A DNA stretch of 64,000 bases from a virus: the IMG/VR virus record IMGVR_UViG_3300045988_097776; one strand, 5' to 3'. Positions 16,506 through 28,696 of this stretch are shown here, piece after piece. A program made the translations under genes and the position numbers. The notes below the pieces were generated by a model, which saw only the letters and a program-made list of their open reading frames with translations, made no database searches and was not told the DNA's origin. The first letter of the stretch is position 1, and the number at the start of each line of letters is the position of its first letter.

Positions 16506-17296
16506 TATCTTCGCGCCTGTTTCGCTAACTATAAGCAATTTTTCATCAACCCCAATCTAGTCAATAATCCCACCCCTCCGGGCACAGGAGTTGACCACAC
16601 TTCATTTCTCTTTGCAATATTTTCAAGTTCAACAAAATCGCCTTGAATAAAATTCGCCTAATTTCTACGAATACCAACATCAACAACAATAGCGTGAGGG
16701 CAAGCCTCTCTTGTCAAAGTAAAATCTCCAACTGCGGATACTACTAAATCTGCTATTCTTGCTAAATAAAGCTTCGCATTTACATTTGTTTTACTGTGAC
16801 AGATAGATACAGTCATATTTCTCGCCAACAACTCTTTCGCCATTGGCTTACCAACTATATTACTTCTACCTAATATTAAAGCACTTTTACCTTCATACTT
16901 AAAACCACAGTCATCAAGATAGTCTACTATTCCTCTTACCGTTGCCGGTAAAACAAGAGTAGAAGAAGTTAAACCGTCGCAGTCTTTTATCGTAGGAATT
17001 ACATCAATAGAAAAAGAACTCAATGAATCTCTTAGTGGCATTTGTGCTATAATACAATCAGTATCTATACTATTTATGTAATTATTTAAATCTGCGGGAG
17101 TCCAGTGTTCTGGAACTTTAATCACGCTTACTGGCCATCCTAATTCATTAAAGTCGTCTACTTTTTTCTATATATAAATCTAATTTCCGGCATCCCCGTT
17201 AGTTGCATCAATTATGGTCAATGATGGCTTGACATCGGACTGCCGCAATTCATCTTTCTATTGTTTAAAATATTCTTTTATGTTAATCTATTGCAT
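16505..17296 (-). CDS. folD: bifunctional methylenetetrahydrofolate dehydrogenase/cyclohydrolase FolD, 263 aa, 3 in-frame TAG
   Basis: The listed 155-aa ORF ends at a TAG. Reading through gives ...GRSNIVGKPMAKELL...VVDVGI...PVPGGVGLLT, the FolD C-domain. Upstream through two more TAGs gives the N-domain MQQINIKEYFKQQKDELRQSDVKPSLTIIDATNGDAGNQIYIQKK. Confidence 0.8.
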
Positions 17297-17621
17297 CTGG
17301 TTCTAGCCCCCATGGATCATCAGTATCATAATCAATCATATCATAGAATGATATTTTGTTATTAGGCGTTATTTCTAAAACCTAATGTGGGATACAACAT
17401 ATTTCATAATCAGAATCTCTATCTAAATTATATGAAGCATAAATATGCAAAGCCGTTGGTCTTGCATTATTGATATTTTGAACATCCCATAAGTCAACAG
17501 TGTTTTTATGTCCAAGTATGTCTGTTAGAACTTCTGGCTATACTGCTATGCTTATAATTAAAATGTTAAAGTAATACTATGCTCGTTTTGGTAATTCAGA
17601 ATAGGGCGTATCGAAAAACAT
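17283..17621 (-). CDS. hypothetical protein, 112 aa, 3 in-frame TAG; first gene of the leftward early transcript
   Basis: GGAGG RBS 10 nt before the ATG (cat at 17619-17621 on plus). Reading through TAG gives one ORF ending at TAA 17283-17285 and overlapping the folD start. Confidence 0.45.
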
Positions 17622-17736
17622 GATGGCGAAGCCTCCTATCTTATTTCTATAATTATATTATATCATTTTTAAATAAATTGGTCAAATTTTATTATTTATT
17701 TGTAAAGTTTTGTCAAATATAATAGGAGATGATAGA

Positions 17737-18450
17737 ATGAAGAAAACACATTGTATTTATATGCATAAAAACAAGATTAATGGGAAAATTTATGTTGGTC
17801 AAACATTTTAGGATAATCCTAATGCTAGATGGCAAAACGGGCATGGATATATAAAACAGCCAAAGTTTTTTTCAGATATTATAAAATACGGATGGATAAA
17901 TTTTGAACATATTATTTTAGAAGAAAACTTAACGCAATAGGAGGCGAATGAAAGAGAAAATTTTTGGATTCAATATTTTGATAGTTGTAAAAATGGGTAT
18001 AATACAATTTCAAAGAATAATAGATCAGAGGTATAGAAAAAAACAACAAATAGCCTTATTGTATGCTTAAATACAAATAAATCATATAAAACATTAAAAG
18101 AAGCGTCTTTGGATACCGGAGTTGATCCATCTGCAATTTCAAGATGTTATGGAGGATAGCGTAAAAGTGCAGGAATAATAAATGGTGTTCCTGGGTTTTG
18201 GATTTTAACAACATCGGATAAAAGCCTTATTAATAAAATAAAAAATAATTATAATGATGCTATAAGAAAGATAGTTTGTGTTGAGACTTCTAGAATTTTT
18301 AATTCTTTAGATGAGGTAATAGAATATTGTGGATTGCCAGTATCTTCTTCAAATAGAGCAAGATTAAAAAGTATTTTAAAATATAAGACAAATTCTTCTT
18401 TTGGGCGAGATAAAGAGTTAAATATAAAATTACATTGGAGTTATCTATAA
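17737..18450 (+). mobile_element. GIY-YIG homing endonuclease with two NUMOD-like HTH modules, 237 aa, 4 in-frame TAG
   Basis: N-terminus MKKTHCIYMHKNKINGKIYVGQTF[Q]DNPNARWQNGHGY (GIY...YIG...R...H...E). C-terminal repeats ...LKEASLDTGVDPSAISRCYGG[Q]RKSAGIINGVPGFWI... AGGAG RBS. Confidence 0.7.
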
Positions 18451-18521
18451 TTTGTAATAAGATTTGACAATCTAGTTTTTTTTTGTTATTATATGAGTAT
18501 AAAAAGGAGATGAACCAGTAT

Positions 18522-19568
18522 ATGATAAAATTAGACTATACGATTGAATCTCCCGAAGAGCGCAAGGCGCTTGTCGAAAAAATAATCGCAGAAAATCCTG
18601 ATTTAACTCCAGGTTATTTAGAAGTATTAGCAGATTATTTAGTTCTATGTATGGAGAAACAAGAGAAGAAAGAGAAGAACATATTGACTGATAACCGAAT
18701 GGCCACTGTCAATAAACGAGAATGTTCTTTTGAGGGACTCGCTTCATAGATGGAAAATGGCGAGGATGGCATTTATGGTTTAATGTCAGACAATAAAAAT
18801 GTTATATTTTAGCCAAAGATTTCTATTACACAAAAAGATTTAGATTCTATACCATGTTTAAAATAGTTGAGAGAAACCATTAATGCTTGGGAAGGTGCCT
18901 TGAAACGCGCCGCGGGAACGAAACAAGCTTATATGATGAAAAAAGCATTGATAGAAATGCGAAAAGATTAGTATATTATTAAATAGGCATATCAAAAGCC
19001 TATAGTTCCTTGTAAGCTAACAAGAAATACAAGAACACATATACCTCTTGATGATGAAAGTTATCTTAATGGATAGGAAGTAGTCGTTAAAGGTATTTCC
19101 TTAATGGATCCAAATGTAGTTTCTGCTATTTTATGCAATTATTCAAAATTAAAAGAAGATAGTTATGATTAGTTCGATGGGGATACGTGGTATCTAATTC
19201 AAGCGTTTGAAGAGATATGCGATAAAGCTCTTGAGGATTTTCCAATCTATTTACGAATTGTTGAGTTAAAGATTGATAAAAAGCAGAATAATGAGATATA
19301 GGAAATATTAAATGAAGAGTTCGGAAAAACATATAGCGTGGAATATATCTCCAGTTTATGGAGAAATAAAATTCCTAAATTGATAGCCGAAGCCGCCCTA
19401 GAGGATTTTTTATATTGGTAGTATAAAAACAGAAATTATCCAATGAAAAAATGTTCTAAGTGTGGGCAATTAAAGCCAGCTCATAATCAATTCTTTTCAA
19501 AAAATAAGACAAGTAAAGATAATTTATATAGTATTTGTAAGAAGTGTCGTAACAAGAAAAGAGGTTGA
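18522..19568 (+). CDS. putative late-gene transcription regulator (sigma-region-4-like HTH plus C-terminal zinc ribbon), about 348 aa, many TAG
   Basis: ...NEI[Q]EILNEEFGKTYSVEYISSLWRNKIPKLIAEAA resembles a sigma-70 region 4 HTH. C-terminus CSKCG...CKKCRNKKRG. The family assignment is tentative. Confidence 0.3.
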
Positions 19569-19573
19569 TTATA

Positions 19574-20746
19574 GTGAGTCATTATTGTAAAAAGTGTGGT
19601 AAAACTATGGATGATACATAGTTTTATACATCAAAGAATATAGAAAAATATCCTCCAGATGGAAAGATGGATATTTGTAAAAAGTGTCTTACTATGCACG
19701 TAGATAATTGGGATCCAGAAACTTATAAATGGATTTTATAGGAAATTGATGTTCCATATATCAAAGAAGAGTGGAATGGCTTATTGGAGAGGTATGGAAA
19801 AGATCCAAAGAAGGTTACTGGATTAACCATTATTGGACGCTATTTATCCAAAATGAAATTAAAACAATGGAATAAGTATACTTGGGCAGATACAGAGGCA
19901 CTAGAGAAGGATTCAACCGAGAAAAAAGTTCTTAATATGAAAGCTCAAGGATTTACAGAGGATGAAATTCAAGAGCAATTAGCTATTGATAGAACTCCAC
20001 CAAAACCGAAAGAATTGGAAGATGTTTAGGCTCCAGTTGGAACTCCAGAATATCAAGATCCAGAAGAGGAAGAAGACGACTTTAGTGATTAGCTAACAGA
20101 AGAAGATAAATTAATGCTTCGTCTTAAATGGGGTCGAGGCTATTCTTGGGAAGAAAGAGTAAGAATGGAGTAGCTCTATAAAGATATGATGAGTTCATAT
20201 GATATTTAGGGAGCTGGACATAAAGATACTCTTATTATGGTATGCAAGACTAGTTTAAAAGCAAATTAGTTAATTGATGCTGGAGATATTGATGGCTTTT
20301 AGAAAATGTAGAAGGCCTATGATAGCTTAATGAAAAGTGGAAAGTTCACTGCCGCCTAGAATAAAGGAGAATCCGGCGAATTTGTTGATTCTATTGGTGA
20401 GTTAGTAGCATTATGCGAGAAAGAAGGGTTTATTCCTAGATATTATACTGATGGGCCATAGGATAAAGTAGATAGAACTCTTTAGGATTTGTAGCAATAT
20501 ACGCATACTCTAGTTACAGAAGAAATGAATCTTGGTAATATGATTGAAGCTTCTTTGAGAGAAATCGTGAAAGATAAAGAGCGCGAAGCCAATATTGATG
20601 TTGAAGATAGTGATGAGGATGAAGATTTATTTAATTATGAACATCCAGAACTGACAGAAGAAGATTATCAAGAGTATGAGGATATGAAAGAATCTGAAAG
20701 AGATAAAGATGAAGAAATGTTAAATAGCATACTAAAGGAGGTTTAA
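19574..20746 (+). CDS. hypothetical acidic protein with N-terminal zinc ribbon, about 390 aa (possible packaging-associated protein or small terminase)
   Basis: Located immediately upstream of the large terminase. Starts CKKCGKTMDD...CKKC. Many TAG codons. No recognisable TerS motif. Confidence 0.3.
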
Positions 20747-20748
20747 TA

Positions 20749-22494
20749 ATGGCGCTAAAAGATTTATTAAACCTCTCGAACAATAATAAAAAAATTGGAC
20801 TCTCAGAAGAAAGAGTTCGAGCTATAATTCCAGTTGCAAGATAGTATGTAGCATTTTGGAGAGAGTATCCAGATATGTTTATTGATTTCTTGTAGACTGG
20901 TGGAGATGAAACTAGGAAAAAAGAAATTAACTTTTATTTTTACTAGAGAGTTTTCTTGCGGGCCGCCATGCGATATAAGTATGTATACATGGTATTCCCC
21001 CGTGCTTATTCTAAATCATTTCTTTCTGTAATGGTGCTTATGTGTAGATGTATTTTATATCCTGGATGTAAGTTATTCATTACTTCTGGGGGAAAAGAAC
21101 AAGCTGCGGGAATTGCTAAAGAAAAAGTCTAGGAAATATGTAATGCAATCCCTGCACTCCAAAGAGAAATTGATTGGAGACGAGGCAAGACGCAGGAAGG
21201 AAAAGATTATTGTAAATATATCTTCAAAAACGGTTCCTACTTTGATAACGTAGCAGCTAGAGAATCCTCTCGTGGTAAACGTAGACATGGAGGACTTATT
21301 GAGGAGTGTGTCGGCGTAGATGGAGATATTCTAAACGAAGTTTTAATTCCTTTGATGAACGTTGATAGAAGATGTTTAGATGGCTCTGTTCATGAAGAAG
21401 AAACACTTAATAAATCCTAGATTTATGTTACTACTGCGGGATGGAAGAATACGTTCCCCTACAATAAACTTATTACTCTCCTTGTGCGCATGATATTAGA
21501 ACCAGAAAAGAGTATTGTTATGGGCGGAACATGGAGAATTCCTGTGTTAGTAGGATTGCAATCCCGCAATTTCGTATAGGAACTAAAATAGGACGGTACT
21601 TTTAATGAAGCTTCATTCGATAGAGAGTATGAATCTAAGTGGAGTGGAACTGTTGAAGATGCTTTCTTTAATGGAGATGCTTTTGATAGAAGTAGAAAAC
21701 TCCTTTAGCCTGAATATGAATCGTCTGGAAGATCTTCTGCACAGGCTTATTATGTTCTTTCTGTTGATGTAGGTAGAAAGAAATGTCAATCTGTTGTTTG
21801 TGTCTTTAAGGTAACTCCTTAGTCACAAGGACCTGCTATAAAGTCTTTGGTAAATATATATACTATGGACGATGAACATTTTGAAGATTAGGCAATTAAG
21901 TTAAAGAGATTATATTATAATTATAAGGCTAAGATTATTGTAATCGACGGTAATGGCCTTGGCGCCGGATTGATGGATTATATGGTTAAACCTTAGATAG
22001 TACCTGATACCAATGAAGTTTTTCCTGACTTTGGTGTAGCTAATGATGAAGATGGTGAGTATAAGCGGTTTAGGACAGAAAACACAGAATATGATGCCAT
22101 CTATGAAATTAAGGCTAACGCTCCTATTAATACCGAGGCGCATAGTAATGTTTAGACACAATTAAGAGCGGGAAAACTTAGATTTTTGATTGATGAAAAA
22201 GTTGCAAGAAATAAATTGCTTGGTACTAAAAAAGGTTAGGCTATGAAACCAGAAGAACGGGCAGAATATTTAAAACCGTTCACTTTAACTTCTATATTAA
22301 GAGAAGAAATGCTGAATTTGCGAGAAGAAAATGAAGGCGTGAATATTATTTTGAAACAAGCAAATAAATCCGTGCCTAAAGATAAATTCTCTGCGCTTGA
22401 ATATGGGCTGTATTATATTAAATAGGAAGAAGATAGTAAACGCAAGCGTAAAAGTAGAAGATTTTCAGACTTTATGTTTATGAGCGAGGTGTGA
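20749..22494 (+). CDS. terL: terminase large subunit, about 581 aa, about 14 in-frame TAG
   Basis: AAGGAGG RBS. The read-through product carries ...FYFY[Q]RVFLRAAMRYKYVYMVFPRAYSKSFLSVMVLM... and ...IVIDGNGLGAGLMDY..., typical of PBSX/Terminase_6-type large terminases. Sits upstream of the portal. Confidence 0.6.
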
Positions 22495-22496
22495 GT

Positions 22497-22853
22497 ATGA
22501 AAGCTAGTCGTGGAGAAATTAAAATTCATGAAATACTAGAGCAAAATGGCATAAACTTTAAAGAAGAGTATGAATTTCCTGGGTTAAAAGCGCCAAGCGG
22601 TAGACCACTTCGTTTTGATTTTGCTGTTTTTGATGATGATGGAAATCTTGATTTTTTAATTGAATATCAAGGAAAATAGCACTATTAGGCTGTAAGTAAA
22701 TTTGGTGGAAATAGAGGGTTATATCAATAGAAATATAATGATAATCAAAAGCGTAGATTTTGTGCCTTAAAAGGAATTACGCTTATAGAAGTTCCCTATA
22801 CCGAGGAAAATATCATCTCTTATGATTACTTAATGAGCAAGGCTGGATACTGA
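22497..22853 (+). mobile_element. small PD-(D/E)XK / Vsr-like endonuclease (free-standing homing-endonuclease-like gene between terminase and portal), about 118 aa
   Basis: Product MKASRGEIKIHEILEQNGINFKEEYEF...LRFDFAVFDDDGNLDFLIEYQGK[Q]HY...; family assignment tentative. The intergenic insertion site is typical of homing-endonuclease genes. Confidence 0.35.
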
Positions 22854-22870
22854 ATCCGGGAGGTGATATT

Positions 22871-24499
22871 TTGTTAAAGAGTAGACAAGAAAGTATTAGA
22901 GCCAAAGGTTTTGATTTATTAAATCAAGACGTTACTCGCTATTAGCAGCAAGAGGAAGAAGATGACTTAGATTATAAGAGCATTGATTATGCTAAGATGC
23001 GGGTGGGGCTTCGCTCGGTAGATGATGCGCTTATTAATCTAGGTACATATAAGAAAATAAATAGAAATTATGGAGATAAGAAGTTCGTATTAAATGCTAT
23101 TTATAAGCATGATTATAGAACTCTAAGAGAAATCTCTAATTATTTCTATGAAAGTAGCGGTATATATTACAGATTATGTAAATACCTAGCTTTCTTATAC
23201 AGATTTGATTGGTATATAACCCCATATACCGTAAGCGCGCAGAAAGATAAGGAGAAGTTATTAAAAGACTTTTCTAAAGTATTGCTTTATCTTGATAAAT
23301 CTAATATAAAGAGAATGTTTGGTAATATATCATTAGATATCATCAAAGAAGGGGCATATTATGGTATAATTGTTGACTTCGGAGATAGGTTTGCCATTTA
23401 GAAGCTACCTGCTTCATATTGTCGCAATAGATATTTCCAAGGCCCTAATCCTATTGTTGAATTAAATCTTGAGTTTTTTGATGTTTATTTCCCAAACCCA
23501 CAGTATAAGGTTCAGATATTAAAGATTTTTCCTCAAGATATATAGAAGGCTTATATTCTTTATAAGTAGGGGAAATTAAAGGGAGATTACCCGGGGAGTA
23601 CAACTGTTTGGTATCCTCTAGATCCTAGTGTTTCAGTTAAGTTTAGCTTAAACGATAATGAATTTCCCTTTCTTGCGGGAGTTATTCCTTCTATTATTGA
23701 TTTGGATTAGGCGCAAGAATTGGATCGTCAAAAAACAATGTAGCAACTATTGAAAATCATCATTTAGAAGTTGCCTCTTGATAAGAATGGTGATTTAATT
23801 TTTGACGTTGATGAAGCCAGAGATATTCATAATAACGCAGTTGCAATGCTTAAAAGAGCTATTGGAGTAGATGTATTGACAACTTTTGCGGATATTGAAA
23901 AAATTGATACAAAAGACAATAACTCCAATACAACAACCGACGATTTGGAAAAGGTTGAACGTACAGTTTACAACAATTCAGGTGTAACTCATAATTTGTT
24001 TAATGCCGATGGAAATATTGCTGTAACAAATTCTATATTGACTGATGAATCTAGCGTTAGAGATATACCTCTCATGTTTACAGAATTACTAAATAGAGTG
24101 GTAGAAAAATTCAATCGCAAGAATCATTATGAATTTAGAGCTGAGATGTTAGAAACAACATAGTTTAATTATAAAGAATTATCAAAGTTGTATAAAGAAC
24201 ACGCTCAGTTAGGATATTCTAAGATGTTGCCACAAATCGCTTTAGGGCATTCTCAATCAAGCATTTTAGCTACATTAACGTTTGAGAATGAAGTATTGAA
24301 CTTGGCGGAGATTATGATTCCTCCTATGAGTTCTAATACCAGAAGCGGAAAAGATTTGGGTAATAATAATTAGTCATCTAATACTAATTCTTAGAATAAA
24401 TAGACAAGTTCAACTAACAATAATGGAGCCGGAAGGCCAAAGAAGGAAGATGGCGAAAAGTCTGATAAGACAATAGCTAATCAAGAAAGTTCGTCATAA
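22871..24499 (+). CDS. portal protein, about 542 aa, many TAG
   Basis: Size and position after the large terminase; TTG start with GGGAGGTGA RBS. The three listed ORFs (22997, 23771, 24188) share its frame and join across TAGs. Confidence 0.5.
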
Positions 24500-24513
24500 A
24501 GGAGGGATTGAAC

Positions 24514-25767
24514 TTGCATATTAGTGTTCCTATTTTAAACACAATGGAATATATTTAGAACACTTAGATTTCTCCTCTAGTTAGCAAAGGCGTTTGTAAA
24601 GTTTGTTATGTCGGGCAACAGCCAAACCGCAATCATACAGTGATTACTAAGGAAGTAGCTGTAGAGATGGGGCGTAAATTGCCGGGAAGTCCTATTGTTG
24701 GCTATTTTAATCAAGAGACAAAGGATTTTGAAGGTCACAATAGAGCGATTGATATTAAAGACGGCAAGTTTGCTATTGTTGATGTAACAAGACCTTATGG
24801 ATTTGTTCCAGATAACGCTAATGTATGGTTTTAGAAGTTCAATGATGAAGGTGTAGAAAGAGAATATCTAGTTACTGATGTATATATTTGGACTGGTGTT
24901 TATCCAGAATCTAAGAGAATTTTAGAAAATGGAAACAACCATTCTATGGAATTAAATGAAAAAAATCAGTCAGGATTTTGGACAAAAGATGAAAAAACAA
25001 ATGAAAGAATCTTTATCTACAATGAAGCATTGATTGAGAAATTATGTGTTCTCGGAGAAAATGTTGAGCCTTGTTTCGAGGGAGCTCAATTTAGTTCTCA
25101 ATTTTCTTTAGAGGGTAATCAAGAGTTTTAGAAACTTAAAACTATGGTATACTCTATGATGGATCAATTAAAAGAAACTTTTAATAAAGGAGGCTCTCAA
25201 GAACCTATGGATAATGAGAATAAAGCACTTACCGAATTCGAGAAAAATAATCCTAATCCAGAGGATAAAAACAAGGAGAAAGAAAATTCTTCTGGAACTC
25301 CTGCCCCTGAGAAAGAGGGAAAAGAGGATAAGGATAAGAAAGGCAAGTATAATCTCGAAGATGTAACTGAATATACAGAGTTGCTTGCTAAATTTAATGA
25401 ATTAGAGAGTAAATATTCTGCTCTTGAGCAAGAGAAGAATACTCTAGATACCGAAGTTGCTGAATTGAAAGAGTTTAAGCTCAAAGCTGAACGTCAAAAT
25501 AAGCAACAAATGATTGATAGTTTCTATATGCTTAGCGATGATGATAAGAAAGACGTCGTGGAGCATATTGACACTTATTCTTTAGATGATATTGAAGCTA
25601 AGTTATCTATTCTTTGTGTTAGAAATAAGGTAAACTTTAACCTTGAGGATAAACATGAAGAGGATGATAAGACCCCAAAAGGACTTTTCAATTTGGAGCA
25701 TCCAGAGACAGATAATGTTCCTGATTGGGTAAAAGCAATTCGTGAGACTGCTAAGAGCAGTATTTAA
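24514..25767 (+). CDS. prohead protease/scaffold fusion candidate (N-terminal globular domain plus C-terminal coiled-coil scaffold), about 417 aa
   Basis: The listed ORFs 24640 and 25144 are in one frame joined by TAGs. The C-terminal half is a Glu/Lys-rich coiled coil (EFKLKAERQNKQQM...), typical of scaffolds. The gene lies just upstream of the capsid genes. Confidence 0.45.
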
Positions 25768-25780
25768 GGAGGATTAAAGA

Positions 25781-26470
25781 ATGGCTAAGAGTTCTAAAAG
25801 ATTAGGTAATGCTACTTTTGTCCAATATGGATATGGTCAAGTAGAACCAAACCATCTTTCCGCTCCAAGAAATGGTCAGGTATATGCCCAGCTTCCTGCT
25901 GCTAGCACAATCACCCTTCTTGAGAATGGTCAATTCGTAAAGTATGACTATGCTAAGGGTGTATGTGATTTTAGCACAGAGGCTACTTCTGGTGCTTGGA
26001 TGATGGTATTCAATGAGGTAAAAATTTATAGAGATCGTGAGACTGATGCCGATTTTGCTATGATTAAAGATAACTATAACGCTCGTGTTTATAGCCCAAT
26101 CGGACAGACCGTTTCTACACTCGCTACCATTAATGACTATACTGGTGAAGCTGTACGTGAAGGTAGTAACGTAGCATATAAAAAGAATATGGAAACATTT
26201 ACTTATCCAGCTTTGATGCCAGAAGGAACTAAAATGGTTCCACGTGTAATTAAGATTAGTATTGGTGATATTTGGACAACTAATACTATTAAGGCTGATG
26301 CCGGTTCACTTGCTGTTGGAGATCGTTTAAAGATTGGTACTGATGGTTATTTAACCGAGGATACTGAATCTTCTGCTAAGGGTGGAGATTTAGATCCTAT
26401 CTTTACAGTAGTAAAAGTATACACCATGCCCGATCTTCAACCCGGTGTAAAAGTACAGCGTGTAGGTTAA
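25781..26470 (+). CDS. capsid-associated protein (decoration or minor capsid protein), 229 aa, no TAG
   Basis: Lies between the scaffold and the major capsid gene. Ends with TAA and contains no TAG. Confidence 0.35.
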   Translation: MAKSSKRLGNATFVQYGYGQVEPNHLSAPRNGQVYAQLPAASTITLLENGQFVKYDYAKGVCDFSTEATSGAWMMVFNEVKIYRDRETDADFAMIKDNYNARVYSPIGQTVSTLATINDYTGEAVREGSNVAYKKNMETFTYPALMPEGTKMVPRVIKISIGDIWTTNTIKADAGSLAVGDRLKIGTDGYLTEDTESSAKGGDLDPIFTVVKVYTMPDLQPGVKVQRVG

Positions 26471-26489
26471 TTGGAAGGAGTGAAGAAGA

Positions 26490-27542
26490 ATGTTAGATAA
26501 AGCTAATTTACTTAGTTTAATGAAGACTGTCGCCAATGCAAATCCTTCTGGTACCTATAGCTATCAAGGAGAATCCTTTAGCTACGACGCTTTGAACACC
26601 ACTTTGCGCAATGAGTTAAATGAGCTTGTTGGCACAGATGAACTTTATAGAGAAAATAAACATACTCTATTCTCTTTAATTGAGCAAACTATGGATGAAG
26701 TTGTTCCTAATCGTTTACTCAATTCTTATGGCAATTTTGCCGAGATTAGAACTTTCGGACAGGGAGATAAACCTGTATTTACTCGTAGAACTGGACTTAC
26801 CCGTGCTAAGCAATTCATCACTCGTGTGGGACTTGCTGGCGTATACGAGACCTTTAAGCTCGGTTCTGAGAGCTTCGAAGTTGGTACAAGTGCTATCGGC
26901 GGAGCTGCTCGTATCGGATTCGAGGAGTTCCTCGACGGAAGAGTAAACTTCGCAGAACTTACTCAGATTGTAACTGAGGGTATGCAAGAGCTTATTTATA
27001 GAGAGATTGCTCAAGCTCTTATGGGTTCTATTAATCAGCTTCCCGCGGCAAACCGTTGTGCCGTTGCTGGTTTTGATGAAGCTACTATGGATTATCTTGT
27101 AAATACTGCTAGTGCTTATGGTCAGCCCACTATTTACTGTACTCGTGAGTTTGCAGTAAAGATGATTCCAGACAACGAGGCTTGGATTTCTGATAACATG
27201 AGAGATCAGTATTGGGGAACTGGATACCTTGCTAACTACAAGGGAACTAGAGTGGTAATTCTACCTCAAACCCTTGAGGATGAGACTAACTCTAGAAAGA
27301 TGATTGACCCTGGTTATGCTTGGGTTATCCCCGGTGGAGCAGATACTCGTCCTGTTAAAGTTGCTTTTGAGGGTACTACTCACGTGCGCGAGCGCGATGA
27401 TAACGACGACTGGTCTCGTGATATTCAGGTTTACCGCAAGGTCGGAGTTGGCGTAATGATGGCAAATAACATTTTCTCTTACGTTGATACTGAACTTCAA
27501 GGTGAGCTTGATAATACTAACCCAAATCCAAATAATGGTTAA
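26490..27542 (+). CDS. major capsid protein, 350 aa, no TAG
   Basis: Size, position after the scaffold, a strong terminator directly downstream, and complete absence of TAG codons (highly expressed). Confidence 0.55.
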   Translation: MLDKANLLSLMKTVANANPSGTYSYQGESFSYDALNTTLRNELNELVGTDELYRENKHTLFSLIEQTMDEVVPNRLLNSYGNFAEIRTFGQGDKPVFTRRTGLTRAKQFITRVGLAGVYETFKLGSESFEVGTSAIGGAARIGFEEFLDGRVNFAELTQIVTEGMQELIYREIAQALMGSINQLPAANRCAVAGFDEATMDYLVNTASAYGQPTIYCTREFAVKMIPDNEAWISDNMRDQYWGTGYLANYKGTRVVILPQTLEDETNSRKMIDPGYAWVIPGGADTRPVKVAFEGTTHVRERDDNDDWSRDIQVYRKVGVGVMMANNIFSYVDTELQGELDNTNPNPNNG

Positions 27543-27544
27543 TT

Positions 27545-27580
27545 AAAAGGGGATAGGGAAATATCCCTATCCCCTTTATT
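27545..27580 (+). terminator. rho-independent terminator after the capsid gene
   Basis: AGGGGATAGGGA-AAT-ATCCCTATCCCCT followed by a T-run. Confidence 0.7.
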
Positions 27581-27603
27581 TATTGAGAAAAAGGAGATAT
27601 AAT

Positions 27604-28140
27604 ATGAAAGATAAGTGTATTGTTTATAATAAAAGTGCGGGCCGCGCGGTATATAAACTGCCTGAGCTTGGTGTACGTCGTATGTTCTATCCAGGTGAGC
27701 ATAAAGAGATTAGTGTATCTGAGCTTGAAAAGTTGGTTCAAACACCCGGAGGCCGCAAGCTGATTTATAATTATCTATTAATTGATGATAAAGAAATTAT
27801 TGAATATCTTATTAATGGGAAAGTTGAACCAGAATATTGGTTAAAAGAGAAAGATATTGATTCGTGGATGCAGTCATGCTCTTTGGATGAATTCAAGGAT
27901 GCTCTTGATTTTGCCCCTGATGGGACAAAAGATTTGATTAAGGCTCACGCGGTTTCTCTTCCTTTGAATGATATTTCAAAGCGAGATGCGATAGAAAAAC
28001 AATTAGGTTTTAACGTTACTAAAGCGTTGGAATTAACCGCGGACGAAGGAAAAAATTCTAAAAATGAGGTTAAGCCTGTTAGAAGAGCATCGGTTGCAAG
28101 TGATGATACTCCAAAGCGTAGAGTAACTATATCCGAGTAA
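27604..28140 (+). CDS. hypothetical structural protein, about 178 aa
   Basis: AAAAGGAG RBS plus ATG at 27604; no TAG codons. Confidence 0.4.
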   Translation: MKDKCIVYNKSAGRAVYKLPELGVRRMFYPGEHKEISVSELEKLVQTPGGRKLIYNYLLIDDKEIIEYLINGKVEPEYWLKEKDIDSWMQSCSLDEFKDALDFAPDGTKDLIKAHAVSLPLNDISKRDAIEKQLGFNVTKALELTADEGKNSKNEVKPVRRASVASDDTPKRRVTISE

Positions 28141-28159
28141 GATAAGGGAGGTTATAGCC

Positions 28160-28696
28160 ATGGATAATAAGTATCCAATTTAGGGCGATCCTACCCTTTT
28201 TGAAGAAGTGTACGATAGATTTTTTGGTAAAATTACTGATGATATGTATATGGAATGGACTAAGGAAGATACCGAGAAAGATTTGTATAATATTTTAATG
28301 GATGCGCTCCCAGGGTTTGAATTTCCTAGATTTCCATTATATAGTTTTACCAATGTTGAGATAGCTAGTGAAGAGACTGGGACGGTTGCTGTTCCAGCCT
28401 TTTCCGCACATTTAACAACTGAAGAAATAAACATTCTTGCATTATTGATGTATAATACTTGGTTATAGCGTTAGGTAGCATCAATAGAGTAGACGAGAAT
28501 GAAATATTCTGGTACAGATTTTAAAATGACTTCTTAGGCTAATCATTTAGCAAAATTGATAGAGCTAAAGAAGGAAGCTGAGCGTCAAAGCCACCATATG
28601 CAACGTCTTTATAAAAGAAGAAAACTAATTGATAATGAAGGGTCTTATAAGTCGAATTGGTCTACTCTTAGAGAAACGAGTGTTTTTGATGGATAA
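28160..28696 (+). CDS. head-tail connector / adaptor protein candidate, about 178 aa
   Basis: Position in the head-to-tail joining block; 3 in-frame TAG. Confidence 0.35.
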
